This document shows, one piece after another, positions 9,603 to 18,990 of a stretch of 64,000 bases of DNA. Origin of the DNA: an uncultured Actinomycetes bacterium (GTDB lineage: Bacteria; Actinomycetota; Thermoleophilia; Gaiellales; JAICJC01). Positions within the stretch are counted from its first letter, which is position 1. Every line of letters starts with the position of its first letter. The stretch covers positions 830,775 through 894,774 of the forward strand of contig CAWCDI010000001.1 in NCBI GenBank assembly GCA_963794415.1, read 5' to 3'. Position numbers and translations under genes: made by a program. The notes beneath the pieces are model-generated. The model worked only from the letters and a program-made list of their open reading frames with translations. It made no database searches and was not told where the DNA came from.

Positions 9603-10070
9603 TCATGCACGGCCGCCCCGCGTGGCCGAGTCGATCCAGATCGTGACCGGGCCGTCGTTCACCAGCGCTACCTGCATGTCTGCGCCGAACCGGCCCGTCT
9701 CGACCGGGATGCCGAGGCCGCGGAGGTCGGCCGCGAACTGCGCCACGAGCTGTTCGCCGAGCTCCGGCTCGGCGGCCGTCACGAAGCTCGGCCGGTTCCC
9801 GCGCGAGACGTCGCCGTAGAGCGTGAACTGCGAGACGCAGAGCACGCTTCCGCCGACCTGGGGGAGGGCCAGGTTCATCTTGCCGTCGGCGTCGCTGAAC
9901 ACGCGCAGGCGGGCCACCTTCCCGGCCATCCACGCGGCCTCCGCAGGCCCGTCGCCGGTGCCCGCCGCCAGCAGCACGAGCAAGCCCCGATCGATGGCTC
10001 CAAGCCGCTCTGGGCCGGAGTCCACGGCCGCTTCGGACACCCGCTGGATCAGCGCGCGCACGGAGCCCAC
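9603..10070 (-). CDS. dtd: D-aminoacyl-tRNA deacylase
   Basis: MRALIQRV.., ..SQFTLYGDVSRGNRPSF.., C-terminal NDGPVT. 155 aa. Confidence 0.9.
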   Translation of the reverse strand: MGSVRALIQRVSEAAVDSGPERLGAIDRGLLVLLAAGTGDGPAEAAWMAGKVARLRVFSDADGKMNLALPQVGGSVLCVSQFTLYGDVSRGNRPSFVTAAEPELGEQLVAQFAADLRGLGIPVETGRFGADMQVALVNDGPVTIWIDSATRGGRA

Positions 10071-10094
10071 CCGGTTTCGGGTTCATACATCGCC

Positions 10095-10103
10095 TGCTAG
10101 AGT
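10095..10103 (+). promoter_or_regulatory. candidate extended -10 promoter element of the rimP-nusA-infB operon
   Basis: TGcTAGAGT (TGn + TANNNT) in the dtd/rimP divergent gap. The -35 region is poor (TTTCGG). Confidence 0.35.
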
Positions 10104-10137
10104 ACGCGGTTAGTCAGAAGAATTCGAGGCGGTGAAC

Positions 10138-10164
10138 GAGGTGGGCTTGTACCCGCCTCTTTTT
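10138..10164 (+). terminator. intrinsic-terminator-like hairpin inside the rimP-nusA leader (possible attenuator)
   Basis: GAGGTGGG (10138-45) / loop CTTGTA / CCCGCCTC (10152-59): 8-bp stem with one G.U, followed by TTTTT (10160-64). An upstream near-duplicate arm GAGGCGG (10126-32) can pair with the same 3' arm. Confidence 0.5.
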
Positions 10165-10187
10165 CGCCCCGGAATGGATGGTGGGCA

Positions 10188-10640
10188 GTGGCAAAGACGG
10201 GCGCAAGGCAGCTCCAACGCGAAATAGAGGACACGCTCTCGGCACAGATGCCGGAGGTCGAAGTGGTACTCGCCGAGGGCCCGTCGTCAGGTGTTGTGCG
10301 CGTCTACATCGACCGCGAAGAGGGCGGCGTGGACGTGGAGCTGTGCCAGCGCGTCAGTCGCGAACTGGCCTCGGTACGTGAGAAATACACGCTCGAAGTG
10401 TCATCGCCGGGACTCGAGCGGCCTCTGACGAAGCCGGCGCACTATCAGCGTGTGCTGGAGAAGACCGTGGCGGTTCGGACGGCCGACGACATCGACGGAC
10501 GGCGACAGTTCAAAGGTCGTTTGATGGCAGCAGACGACACTCATATCGAGCTCGACCAGGACGGTTCGGCAGTGCAGATCTCCTACGAGGAGATCCAGCG
10601 CAGCAACCTGGTGTTCGACAAGGTGGGAGGCGCAAGGTGA
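10188..10640 (+). CDS. rimP: ribosome maturation factor RimP
   Basis: 150 aa, ..LEVSSPGLERPL.. motif. Directly upstream of and overlapping nusA. Confidence 0.85.
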   Translation: MAKTGARQLQREIEDTLSAQMPEVEVVLAEGPSSGVVRVYIDREEGGVDVELCQRVSRELASVREKYTLEVSSPGLERPLTKPAHYQRVLEKTVAVRTADDIDGRRQFKGRLMAADDTHIELDQDGSAVQISYEEIQRSNLVFDKVGGAR

Positions 10641-11917
10641 ACAAAGAGATTCTCGAGGGCGTAAAACTTGTGGAGAAGGAGAAGGGCATCGAGCCGGGCA
10701 CGCTGCTGCCCGCGATCGAGGATGCCCTCCAGGCCGCATACCGCAAGATGCCCGACGCCCGCCACCCGGTGCGTGTCGACATCGACCGCGAGTCCGGCGA
10801 CTACACCGTCTGGTCGGTCACGCCCGAGGCGTGGGAGGCCTATCTCGAGGCGCATCCGCACCACCGGGAGTTCGCCGAGGCGCCGCCCGAGGTCGTGTCC
10901 ACCGACGGGCATGCCGCCGACGAGCACGCCGAGGCCGAGCCGGAGATCGAGTGGAGCTGGTTCACGCCCGACGTGAAGGTCGATGTGACCCCCGCCAACT
11001 TCAGCCGCATCGCCGGGCAGACCGCCAAGCAGGTGCTCAAGCAGCGGATCAACGAGGCCGAGCGCTCCATGATGTACGACGAGTACCACGACCGCGTCGG
11101 CGAGATCGTGACCGGCATCGTCCAGCAGGACGACTCCCGCTACGCGTTCGTCGATCTCGGCCGCATGGAAGCGATCCTGCCGGGCTCCGAGAAGGTGCCG
11201 GGCGAGCGCTACGAGCAGGGCAGTCGCATCAAGGCAGTCATCATCGAGGTGCGCAGCGAGGGCAAGGGCCCGCAGGTGGTGCTCTCGCGCCGCTCCGACG
11301 ACCTCATCCGCCAGCTCTTCGAGCTGGAGGTGCCTGAGATCGCCGACAACCTGGTGACCATTCGCGCCGTTGCGCGCGAGCCCGGGTACCGCGCCAAGAT
11401 CGCCGTCGAGTCCAAGGTGCAGGGGGTCGACCCCGTCGGCGCCTGCGTCGGCCCGCGCGGCTCGCGCGTGCGCATGGTGGTCTCCGAGCTTCGCGGCGAG
11501 AAGATCGACATCATCCCGTGGAACGACGAGCCCGCGCGGTTCGTCGCCAAGGCGCTCTCGCCTGCCAAGGTGCGCGAGGTGTACGTCGATGACGACGGCC
11601 GCCAGGCCACCGTTGTCGTGCCCGACGACCAGCTCTCGCTGGCCATCGGCAAGGAAGGGCTCAACGCCCGGCTCGCCCACCGGCTCACCGGGTGGCGCAT
11701 CGACATCGTGTCGGAGACCGACTACTACTCCGACGAGTCTGATTCGCCGTACACCGGGGCCGATGGTGAAGAGGACGAGTTCCCCGGCCGCTGCGTCGCG
11801 GTGACCTCGTCCGGCAAGCGCTGCCCGAACCAGGCGATCGAGGGAAGCCGCTACTGCGGCATCCCCGCTCACCGGGAGCTGGCTGCGGCAGAGGAGGGAG
11901 CGCCGGCCGCGTCGTGA
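10637..11917 (+). CDS. nusA: transcription termination/antitermination factor NusA
   Basis: MNKEIL.. N-terminus, S1 domain, KH motifs (..DPVGACVGPRGSRV.., ..LAIGKEGLNARLA..). Extra acidic linker and a C-x9-C-x10-C-x4-H tail. Confidence 0.95.
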   Translation: MNKEILEGVKLVEKEKGIEPGTLLPAIEDALQAAYRKMPDARHPVRVDIDRESGDYTVWSVTPEAWEAYLEAHPHHREFAEAPPEVVSTDGHAADEHAEAEPEIEWSWFTPDVKVDVTPANFSRIAGQTAKQVLKQRINEAERSMMYDEYHDRVGEIVTGIVQQDDSRYAFVDLGRMEAILPGSEKVPGERYEQGSRIKAVIIEVRSEGKGPQVVLSRRSDDLIRQLFELEVPEIADNLVTIRAVAREPGYRAKIAVESKVQGVDPVGACVGPRGSRVRMVVSELRGEKIDIIPWNDEPARFVAKALSPAKVREVYVDDDGRQATVVVPDDQLSLAIGKEGLNARLAHRLTGWRIDIVSETDYYSDESDSPYTGADGEEDEFPGRCVAVTSSGKRCPNQAIEGSRYCGIPAHRELAAAEEGAPAAS

Positions 11918-12198
11918 ACCTGCATGTCCCCATCCGCCAATGTGCAGGCTGCGGAGCCCGTCGGCCACAGGCCGAGCTCGTCAGGGTGAGCGTGCATGCA
12001 GGTGCGGCAGTGGTGGACAGGGAACGACGCCGGGAAGGACGGGGCGCGTACTTCTGCCCCGAAGGAGAATGCGCACGTCGTGCCCGCAGCAAGGGCGCCC
12101 TCGCACGGCGGTTGCGCCAGAAAATTGAGAATTACGAGAGCGTGGACCGATGGCTCGCAACCGAGCACGCCGCCCTCGGAACGGAAGGATCAGCATGA
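11914..12198 (+). CDS. ylxR: YlxR/DUF448 family RNA-binding protein
   Basis: 94 aa, ..IRQCAGCGARRPQAELVRV..GRGAYFCP... Conserved position between nusA and infB. GTGA overlap with nusA. Confidence 0.85.
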   Translation: MNLHVPIRQCAGCGARRPQAELVRVSVHAGAAVVDRERRREGRGAYFCPEGECARRARSKGALARRLRQKIENYESVDRWLATEHAALGTEGSA

Positions 12199-14308
12199 TG
12201 GCAAAACGAGCTCCGGCCAAGGAGCCCAAGGCAACGAAGGCCGCAAAGGCGGCCGAAGCCACAGCAGCAGCAGCAAAAGCACAGGCAGCGGAGGCCGCGA
12301 AGGCCCCTGCCGCCGCACCCGCCAAGGCGGCCGAGGCACCGGCAGGCGCCGTGGCCACTGCGGCCGCTCCCAGCGACGGCACTGCGCCTGCGCAGCAGCC
12401 CGGCCAGGCGGCCCGGCATGCGCGCCCACAGCGCGGCGCCTCGCCCAAGGGCAAGCGGCGCGTGGTCATCGACGCCCAGGCCGGCCGCAAGCCCCCGGTG
12501 CGCCGCGAGCGAAGCGCGCGCCCGGAGCCAAAGCAGGTCGTCGAGGCGCCCACGGGACCCGTCAAGGTTCCGTCGGGGATCACCGTCAAGGAGCTCGCCG
12601 AGGCCCTCGGCATCTCGCCCGCCCGCATCATCACCGTGATGATGGGCCTGGGGGAGATGGTGACCCTCACCGTCTCGCTCTCCGACGACGCCGTCGAGCT
12701 GCTCGCGAGCGAGCTCGACCGCGAGATCACCATCCAGCACGCCGCTGACGAGGAAGACGAGGAGATCACCTACGACGACGCGCCCGAGGATCTCGTGCCG
12801 CGGCCGCCGGTGGTCACCATCATGGGCCACGTCGATCACGGCAAGACCACCTTGCTCGACTCCATCCGCGAGGCATCGGTCGTCTCGACCGAGGCCGGCG
12901 GCATCACCCAGCACATCGGCGCCTACCAGGTGGACGTGCCGGACGGACGCAAGGTCACGTTCCTGGACACGCCGGGCCATGAGGCCTTCACGGCCATGCG
13001 CGCCCGCGGCGCGAAGGTCACCGACGTCGCCGTGCTGGTCGTGGCCGCCGACGACGGCGTCATGCCGCAGACCATCGAGGCGATCGACCACGCCAAGGCG
13101 GCCGACGTGCCCATCGTGGTTGCGGTCAACAAGATCGACAAGCCCGGCGCCAACTCCGATCGCGCCCGGCAGGAGCTGACCACGCACGGCCTGCAGCCGT
13201 CCGAGTGGGGTGGCGACACCATCTTCGAGGACGTCTCGGCCAAGAACGGCACCAACCTGGACAAGCTGCTCGAGTCGATCCTGCTGCAGGCAGACGTGCT
13301 CGACCTGCACGCAAACGCCAAGGCCGAGGCCTCGGGCGTGATCATCGAGTCGCGCCTCGACGTCGGCCGCGGCCCCGTGGCGACCATGCTGGTCTCGCGC
13401 GGCACGCTGCGCGTCGGCGATGCCGTCGTCGCAGGCGACGCCTGGGGCAAGGTGAAGGCGCTCAACGACTACAGCGGCAAGCGCGTGCGCGATGCAGGCC
13501 CGGGAACGCCCGTCGAGATCCTGGGCTTCGACCGCCCGCCGCCGGCCGGTGAGTTCTGCCACGTGGTCGAGAACGAGCGCGTCGCTCGCCAGATGGCGCA
13601 GCAGCGGGCCCAGCGGCTTCGCACCGAGGCGCTTGCCCGGCGCTCCAAGTCGGTCAGCCTCGAGGATCTGTTCAGCGCCGTGCAGGAGGGCGCCGTCCAG
13701 GAGCTCAACCTGGTCATCAAGGCCGACGTGCAGGGCTCCGTGGAGGCCGCCATCGACGAGCTGGAAAGATCCAGCACGACGAGGTCTCGGTCAACGTGAT
13801 CCACTCCGGCGTCGGCGGCATCGTCGCGTCGGACATCAACCTGGCCGCCGCCTCGAATGCGATCGTGATCGGGTTCAACGTCCGGCCCAACGCCGAGGCC
13901 AAGGCGCTCGCCGACCGCGAGGGCGTGGACATCCGCACCTACCGCGTGATCTACAAGCTGACCGAGGACATCCAGCAGGCCCTCATCGGCATGCTGGCGC
14001 CCGAGAAGGTCGAGGAGGTCATGGGCGAGGCCGAGGTGCGCCAGACGTTCAAGGCGTCCAAGGTCGGCACCATCGCCGGCTGCATGGTGACCCAGGGCGT
14101 GCTTCAGCGCGGCGCCCAGGTGCGCATCGTGCGCGACGGCGCGATCGTCCACGACGGCCGCATCGAGACGCTCAAGCGGTTCTCGGAGGATGCCCGCGAG
14201 GTCGCTCAGGGCTTCGAATGCGGGCTCACGCTGGAGAACTTCGACGACATCAAGGTCGACGACGTGCTCGAGGCCTACTCGATCAAAGAGGTTGCGCGTC
14301 AGGCGTGA
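12195..14308 (+). CDS. infB: translation initiation factor IF-2, reading frame interrupted by a 1-nt indel at the A run 13765-13767
   Basis: G-domain [25 protein letters not shown] in the frame of ORF 12150..13799. C-terminal domains ([26 protein letters not shown]..) continue in the frame of ORF 13796..14308. Start ATG 12195 behind GGAAGGA. Confidence 0.95.
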
Positions 14309-15501
14309 TCGGAGGGCGGCCCGATGGCCACTCCGACACGCCGTGCGACCCACTCGATCAGTGATCCCTGGATCGGCACCGAGACGGTCACCACGATGAA
14401 GACGATCCCGTAGACCGTGTGGGCCTGCTGGATGTGCTCGTCCACGGCGAACGCAGCCAGCAGGATCGGCACGGCCCCGCGGAGGCCCAGCCAGCCGACG
14501 AACACCTTCTCGCCCCGACGCAGGTCCACGGGCCAGATCAGCGCTCCGACGGCCAGCGGGCGGGCGATGACGATCAGGATGGCGGCCAGCAGCAGCCCGT
14601 CGCCGATGACGGTGTGCAGGTTGAGCGAGCTCAGCGAGACCGTGAGCCCCAGCGCGACGAACACCACGAGCTCGGCCACGGACGCGAGCTGGGCGCTGAG
14701 CGTCCGCACGTCATCGCCGTGCGTGGTGGCGTTGTCGCCGATCAGCATCCCTGCGATGAACACCGCCAGGAACCCCGATCCGTGGGCGACGGCGCCAACG
14801 CCGTAGATCATGCCCGCCGTGGCGAGGGCGGTGATCGGGTCGAGCGGCCGCTCCCAGCGGTTGACCAGGCGCATCACGATGATCCCGCCGATCGCGCCCA
14901 CCACGACGCCCACGAGCATCTCCCAGCCGACGTCGGCCAGCACGAGCAGGTGAGAGTTGCCCGGGTGCTGGACGGCGCTCAGCACGCCGATCATGAGCGC
15001 GATGCCAACGGGATCGTTCGCGCCGGACTCGGCCGCGAGGATGGTGGTGACGCGGCCCTGGGGGGCGTGGTCGCCCAGCACCGAGAACATCACAGCGGGA
15101 TCGGTCGGCGAGAGCGCCGTGCCGATCACCGCGGCGGGCACCCAGTCGAAGCCCAGCACGTAGTGCGCGGCCACTGCCATGATCCCCGCCGTGGCGAAGG
15201 TGCCGAGCACGCCGAGCGCGAGGATCGGGCCGAGCGAGCGGTGCACCTCGCGCCAGCCCAGCTCCATGCCGCCGTCGAAGAGGATCACGATGAGCGCCAC
15301 GACCCCGATGCGCGTGACGTCGTGGATCGAGACCGTGGTGGCGAGCCGCGGTGCGATCTCCGAGACGATCTCTGCACCGAAGAGGAGCACGGCGGCCGCA
15401 GGCACCCGCATGCGCGTCGAGAGCCGGCTGCAGAGGATCGCCAGCACGAGCGCAGCTGAGACGACCAGCACCACCTCGCCGAAGTCAGAGATCTCCTGCA
15501 T
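14299..15501 (-). CDS. cation:proton antiporter (Na+/H+ exchanger family)
   Basis: 400 aa, about 11-12 hydrophobic helices, typical ..ESGANDP.. motif. Converges on infB with a 10-nt overlap. Confidence 0.8.
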   Translation of the reverse strand: MQEISDFGEVVLVVSAALVLAILCSRLSTRMRVPAAAVLLFGAEIVSEIAPRLATTVSIHDVTRIGVVALIVILFDGGMELGWREVHRSLGPILALGVLGTFATAGIMAVAAHYVLGFDWVPAAVIGTALSPTDPAVMFSVLGDHAPQGRVTTILAAESGANDPVGIALMIGVLSAVQHPGNSHLLVLADVGWEMLVGVVVGAIGGIIVMRLVNRWERPLDPITALATAGMIYGVGAVAHGSGFLAVFIAGMLIGDNATTHGDDVRTLSAQLASVAELVVFVALGLTVSLSSLNLHTVIGDGLLLAAILIVIARPLAVGALIWPVDLRRGEKVFVGWLGLRGAVPILLAAFAVDEHIQQAHTVYGIVFIVVTVSVPIQGSLIEWVARRVGVAIGPPSDHA

Positions 15502-15514
15502 TACCGTCCACCAT

Positions 15515-15823
15515 ATGGAAAACTCCGGCTACCTCGGCGTGTTGACCTTCGACCTGCACTTCCCCGAGAGCCACTCGCTGAAGGCCAAGCGCAGCCATCT
15601 CCGCCACACCAAGGCACAGCTCGAGCGCCAGCTGGGAGCGTCTGTGGCCGAGGTCGACTTCCATGATCTGTGGCAGCGGGCGCGGCTCACGCTGGTGGTC
15701 GTCCGGCGCGAGTCACACGCGGCGGTGGAGGCTCTCGACCGCGCCGAGCGATACCTTTCGGCACAGGACTACGAGCTGACCAGCTGCACCCGCAGCCTGC
15801 TGTCGGTCGAGGAGGATCTATGA
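15515..15823 (+). CDS. DUF503 domain-containing protein (YlxP-like)
   Basis: 102 aa, ..LTFDLHFPESHSLKAKR... Conserved placement just upstream of rbfA. ATGA overlap with rbfA. Confidence 0.75.
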   Translation: MENSGYLGVLTFDLHFPESHSLKAKRSHLRHTKAQLERQLGASVAEVDFHDLWQRARLTLVVVRRESHAAVEALDRAERYLSAQDYELTSCTRSLLSVEEDL

Positions 15824-16185
15824 GCAGGCCGCCGAGCGAGCGCATGCGAAAAGTGAATGAGGCCCTGCGCGAGGTGCTCGCGTCGGGCATCGAGTCGCTG
15901 GGTGACCCCGGCGTCGGCTTCGTGACCGTCACGGGCGTCCAGGCGACGTCCGACCTGACCGAGGCCGCGGTCTACGTGAGCGTGCTCGGCAACGACAAGA
16001 AGCGCCAGCGCTCGCTGGAGTCGCTCCGCCGGGCCACCGGCGTCTTGCAGGGAAAGGTCGCACGGGAGCTGAAGTTCAGGCGCACGCCCTTGCTGACCTT
16101 CCACTATGATGAGACTCTCGATCGCGCGTTGCGCATGAATGACCTCCTCGAGCAGGAGCGCCCGGCGGTCGAGGACTCTCAATGA
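15820..16185 (+). CDS. rbfA: 30S ribosome-binding factor RbfA
   Basis: 121 aa, ..RMRKVNEALREVLA..VTVTGV..DL..A.VYVS.. pattern. Position in the nusA-infB cluster. Confidence 0.9.
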   Translation: MSRPPSERMRKVNEALREVLASGIESLGDPGVGFVTVTGVQATSDLTEAAVYVSVLGNDKKRQRSLESLRRATGVLQGKVARELKFRRTPLLTFHYDETLDRALRMNDLLEQERPAVEDSQ

Positions 16186-17201
16186 CGGATATCAGTCTGC
16201 AGCAAGACCTCGAACAGGTGGTCGCGGCCCTTGCGGCCGCCGATCGCGTGATGGTCGTGAGCCACGAGAACCCCGACGGCGACGCCATCGGCTCGCTGAC
16301 GGCTGCCGCCACGGCGCTGCGCGGCCTCGGCAAAGAGGTGCGGACGTTCATCCACGCCGACTCCACCGTCCCGCACGAGCTGACGTTCCTCGACATGCAG
16401 GGCCTCGAGCGCACCATCGACCCGGCGTCGCTCGAGGGCTGGACGCTTCTGGCGCTCGACTGCGGCAACGAGCGGCGCATCGGCCCGGAGTACAAGGAGA
16501 TTCTCGCCGCCTCGGCCAACGTCGTGGACATCGACCACCACCACGACAACAGCCGCTTCGGCTCGGCCAACCTCATCGACGGCCATGCATCGTCCACCGC
16601 CGAGATCCTGTCGCACGTCTTCGAGAAGCTCGGCGTCGAGCTCACGCCCGAGGTCGCCGAGGCGCTCTACGTCGGCCTCGTGACCGACACCGGCCGGTTC
16701 CAGTACCGCACCACGAGCGCCGAGGCACTGCGCCTGGCCGCGCAGCTCGTCGACGCCGGCGCCAGCATCTCCAAGGTGTATGAGCTGGTGTTCGAGAGCC
16801 AGCCGTACGGAAAGCTCCAGCTGCTCGGCCGCGTGATCGCCAACACGCAGCCGTACGAGGGCGGCCGGCTCCTCATCGGACACGTGACCCGCGAGGATCT
16901 CGCATTCGTGGACGGCGACGAGGCCACCACCGAGGGCCTCATCGACGACCTCCGAAGCGTCGAGGGCGTCGAGGTGGCCAGCGTCATCCGCGAGCAGGTT
17001 CCGCTCCCCGACGGCTCGATCCCCGAGAACCGCGTGTCGCTGCGGTCGCGCGGGGGCGTCGATGTCTCGGTCATCGCCCGGAAGTCGAGGGGCGGCGGTC
17101 ACAAGCTGGCAGCCGGGTTCTCGCACAGCGGCACCGTCGATGAGATCCGCGCCTTCATCGTCGCGGAAGTCTCGGCTCAGCTGGCCGCAACCGCGGCCTG
17201 A
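16182..17201 (+). CDS. nrnA: DHH-family phosphoesterase (NrnA-like bifunctional oligoribonuclease/pAp phosphatase)
   Basis: DHH motifs: SHENPDGDAIGS, DIDHHHDN, and DHHA1 GGGH (SRGGGHKLAAGF). Confidence 0.8.
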   Translation: MTDISLQQDLEQVVAALAAADRVMVVSHENPDGDAIGSLTAAATALRGLGKEVRTFIHADSTVPHELTFLDMQGLERTIDPASLEGWTLLALDCGNERRIGPEYKEILAASANVVDIDHHHDNSRFGSANLIDGHASSTAEILSHVFEKLGVELTPEVAEALYVGLVTDTGRFQYRTTSAEALRLAAQLVDAGASISKVYELVFESQPYGKLQLLGRVIANTQPYEGGRLLIGHVTREDLAFVDGDEATTEGLIDDLRSVEGVEVASVIREQVPLPDGSIPENRVSLRSRGGVDVSVIARKSRGGGHKLAAGFSHSGTVDEIRAFIVAEVSAQLAATAA

Positions 17202-17203
17202 CG

Positions 17204-18067
17204 ATGACCGGCCAGGGCGGCATGTTCCTCGTGGACAAGCCCGCCGGGCCCTCATCCTTCGGGGTGCTCCGGCAGCTTCGGCCTGCGCTCGGCAAGAAGC
17301 AGGGCCACGCCGGCACCCTCGACCCGTTCGCCACCGGCCTTCTGCTGGTGCTCGCAGGGCGGGCGACCAGGCTCGCGCAGTACCTCTCGGGCATGGACAA
17401 GAGCTACCGCGCGGTGGTGCAGTTCGGCGCGCGCTCGTCAACGCTCGATCCCGAGGGTGAGATCGAGCCGTCCGGCGCAACCACCGAGCTCGCTGCCGTC
17501 CGGCTGGCTGCTGCCGCCCAGGTGGGGGAGATCCTCCAGCAGGTGCCCGCCGCCTCGGCGGTGAAGATCGATGGCAAGCGCTCGTATGCCCGCATGCGAA
17601 GCGGCGAGACCGTCACCGCCGCCCCGCGCCTGGTTCGCATCAGCGCGCTGGAGGTGCGCAGCTTCGATGCCGGCGTGCAGCGGGCCGAGATCGACGTGAC
17701 GTGCTCCAAGGGCACCTACGTGCGGCAGATCGCCTCCGACCTTGGCGAGGCCACCGGGGCCGGCGCGTACTGCCTCGAGCTGCGCCGCCTCACGATCGGC
17801 CCGTGGAGCGTTGAGGACGCAGGCACGCCCGAGCAGATCACGGCCCAGCCGCTGGGCCGCTGGTATCGCACGCCGTTCGAGGCGATCGCCCACCTGCCCA
17901 GCCACGAGCTCTCTGCCGCCGAGCGCGCCCTGATCGCAAACGGCCGGGCGATCGACGCCGCGGCCGACGACGCTGGCGAGGTCGTGCGGCTGGCAAGCGA
18001 TGGGGAGCTGGTGGCGGTCGCCGAGCACCGCTCGGGTCGGCTTCATCCGATCATGGTGCTGGCATGA
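17204..18067 (+). CDS. truB: tRNA pseudouridine(55) synthase
   Basis: ..VDKPAGPSS.., catalytic GHAGTLDPFATGLL. 287 aa. Confidence 0.95.
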   Translation: MTGQGGMFLVDKPAGPSSFGVLRQLRPALGKKQGHAGTLDPFATGLLLVLAGRATRLAQYLSGMDKSYRAVVQFGARSSTLDPEGEIEPSGATTELAAVRLAAAAQVGEILQQVPAASAVKIDGKRSYARMRSGETVTAAPRLVRISALEVRSFDAGVQRAEIDVTCSKGTYVRQIASDLGEATGAGAYCLELRRLTIGPWSVEDAGTPEQITAQPLGRWYRTPFEAIAHLPSHELSAAERALIANGRAIDAAADDAGEVVRLASDGELVAVAEHRSGRLHPIMVLA

Positions 18068-18990
18068 CCGACGTCTACATGAGCCACGACCTGGTGCCGC
18101 CGGCGGATCGGTCGCTGGCCATCGGCACCTTCGACGGCGTCCACCTGGGACATCGCGCCGTGATCGAGGCGGCCATCGCGACCGCGGCGGATCGAGCCCT
18201 GCGATCGGCTGTCGTCACCTTCCATCCCCACCCGATGGAGATCGTGCGGCCCGGGCTCGCGCCGCCCGAGCTCTCGACCATCTCCCGCCGCATCGAGCTC
18301 GCCCGCGAGCTGGGGCCCGACGAGGTGGTGGTGGTGCCGTTCACGCCCGAGCTCTCGCAGATGGATGCCGGGCGGTTCGGCCGCGAGGTGATCAGCCGCT
18401 GCCTGGGCGCCCGCGCCGTCAGCGTCGGCGAGAACTTCCGCTACGGCCACCGCGCCGCCGGCACCACCCAGCAGCTCTCGGAGTCCGGCGCCGAGCTGGG
18501 CTTCGACGTGAACGTCATGCCGCTCCTGCAGATGGACGGCGAGCCCGTGTCGTCGTCGCGCATCCGCGCGCTGGTGGGCGCGGGGGACATGGAGGGCGCC
18601 GCCCGGCTGCTCGGCCGGCCCGCGTGGCTCGACGGCGAGGTCGTCCACGGCGACAAGCGCGGCCGTGAGATCGGCTTTCCCACCGCAAACGTCGGGTCGG
18701 GGCCGCTGGCGGTGCTGCCCGGCCGCGGCATCTACGCCGGGCGTGCCCACCTGCCGGAGAGCTCCCACGTGGCGGCGATCAGCGTCGGCTACAACCCGAC
18801 GTTCACCGACGTGCGCGACGGCATCAAGGTGGAGGCCTACCTGCTCGACTTCGACGCCGACATCTACGGCTCGCCGATCCAGCTCGAGTTCGTCCACCGG
18901 CTCCGCGACGAGCTCACCTTCAGCTCGGTCGATGCGCTCGTGGAGCAGCTGCACCAGGATGTCCTCCAGACGCGGTCACTGCTGGCGTGA
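18064..18990 (+). CDS. ribF: bifunctional riboflavin kinase / FMN adenylyltransferase
   Basis: GTFDGVHLGH, ..GENFRYGH.., riboflavin kinase GFPTAN motif. 308 aa. Confidence 0.95.
   Translation: MTDVYMSHDLVPPADRSLAIGTFDGVHLGHRAVIEAAIATAADRALRSAVVTFHPHPMEIVRPGLAPPELSTISRRIELARELGPDEVVVVPFTPELSQMDAGRFGREVISRCLGARAVSVGENFRYGHRAAGTTQQLSESGAELGFDVNVMPLLQMDGEPVSSSRIRALVGAGDMEGAARLLGRPAWLDGEVVHGDKRGREIGFPTANVGSGPLAVLPGRGIYAGRAHLPESSHVAAISVGYNPTFTDVRDGIKVEAYLLDFDADIYGSPIQLEFVHRLRDELTFSSVDALVEQLHQDVLQTRSLLA

Noticed and set aside
12240-12420. Apparent tandem-repeat / low-complexity DNA (GCC/GCA/AAG-rich) near the 5' end of infB.
   Set aside because: It encodes the Ala/Lys/Pro/Glu-rich disordered N-terminal region typical of IF-2. 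It is in frame and has no exact DNA repeat unit.
13758-13772. Programmed ribosomal frameshifting or a genuinely split IF-2 (also considered for pyrD at 693-697).
   Set aside because: No slippery heptamer of the X XXY YYZ type and no downstream stimulatory structure are evident. The required correction is a simple one-base change in a homopolymer, and two further unrelated genes show the same kind of defect. Indel error is more parsimonious.
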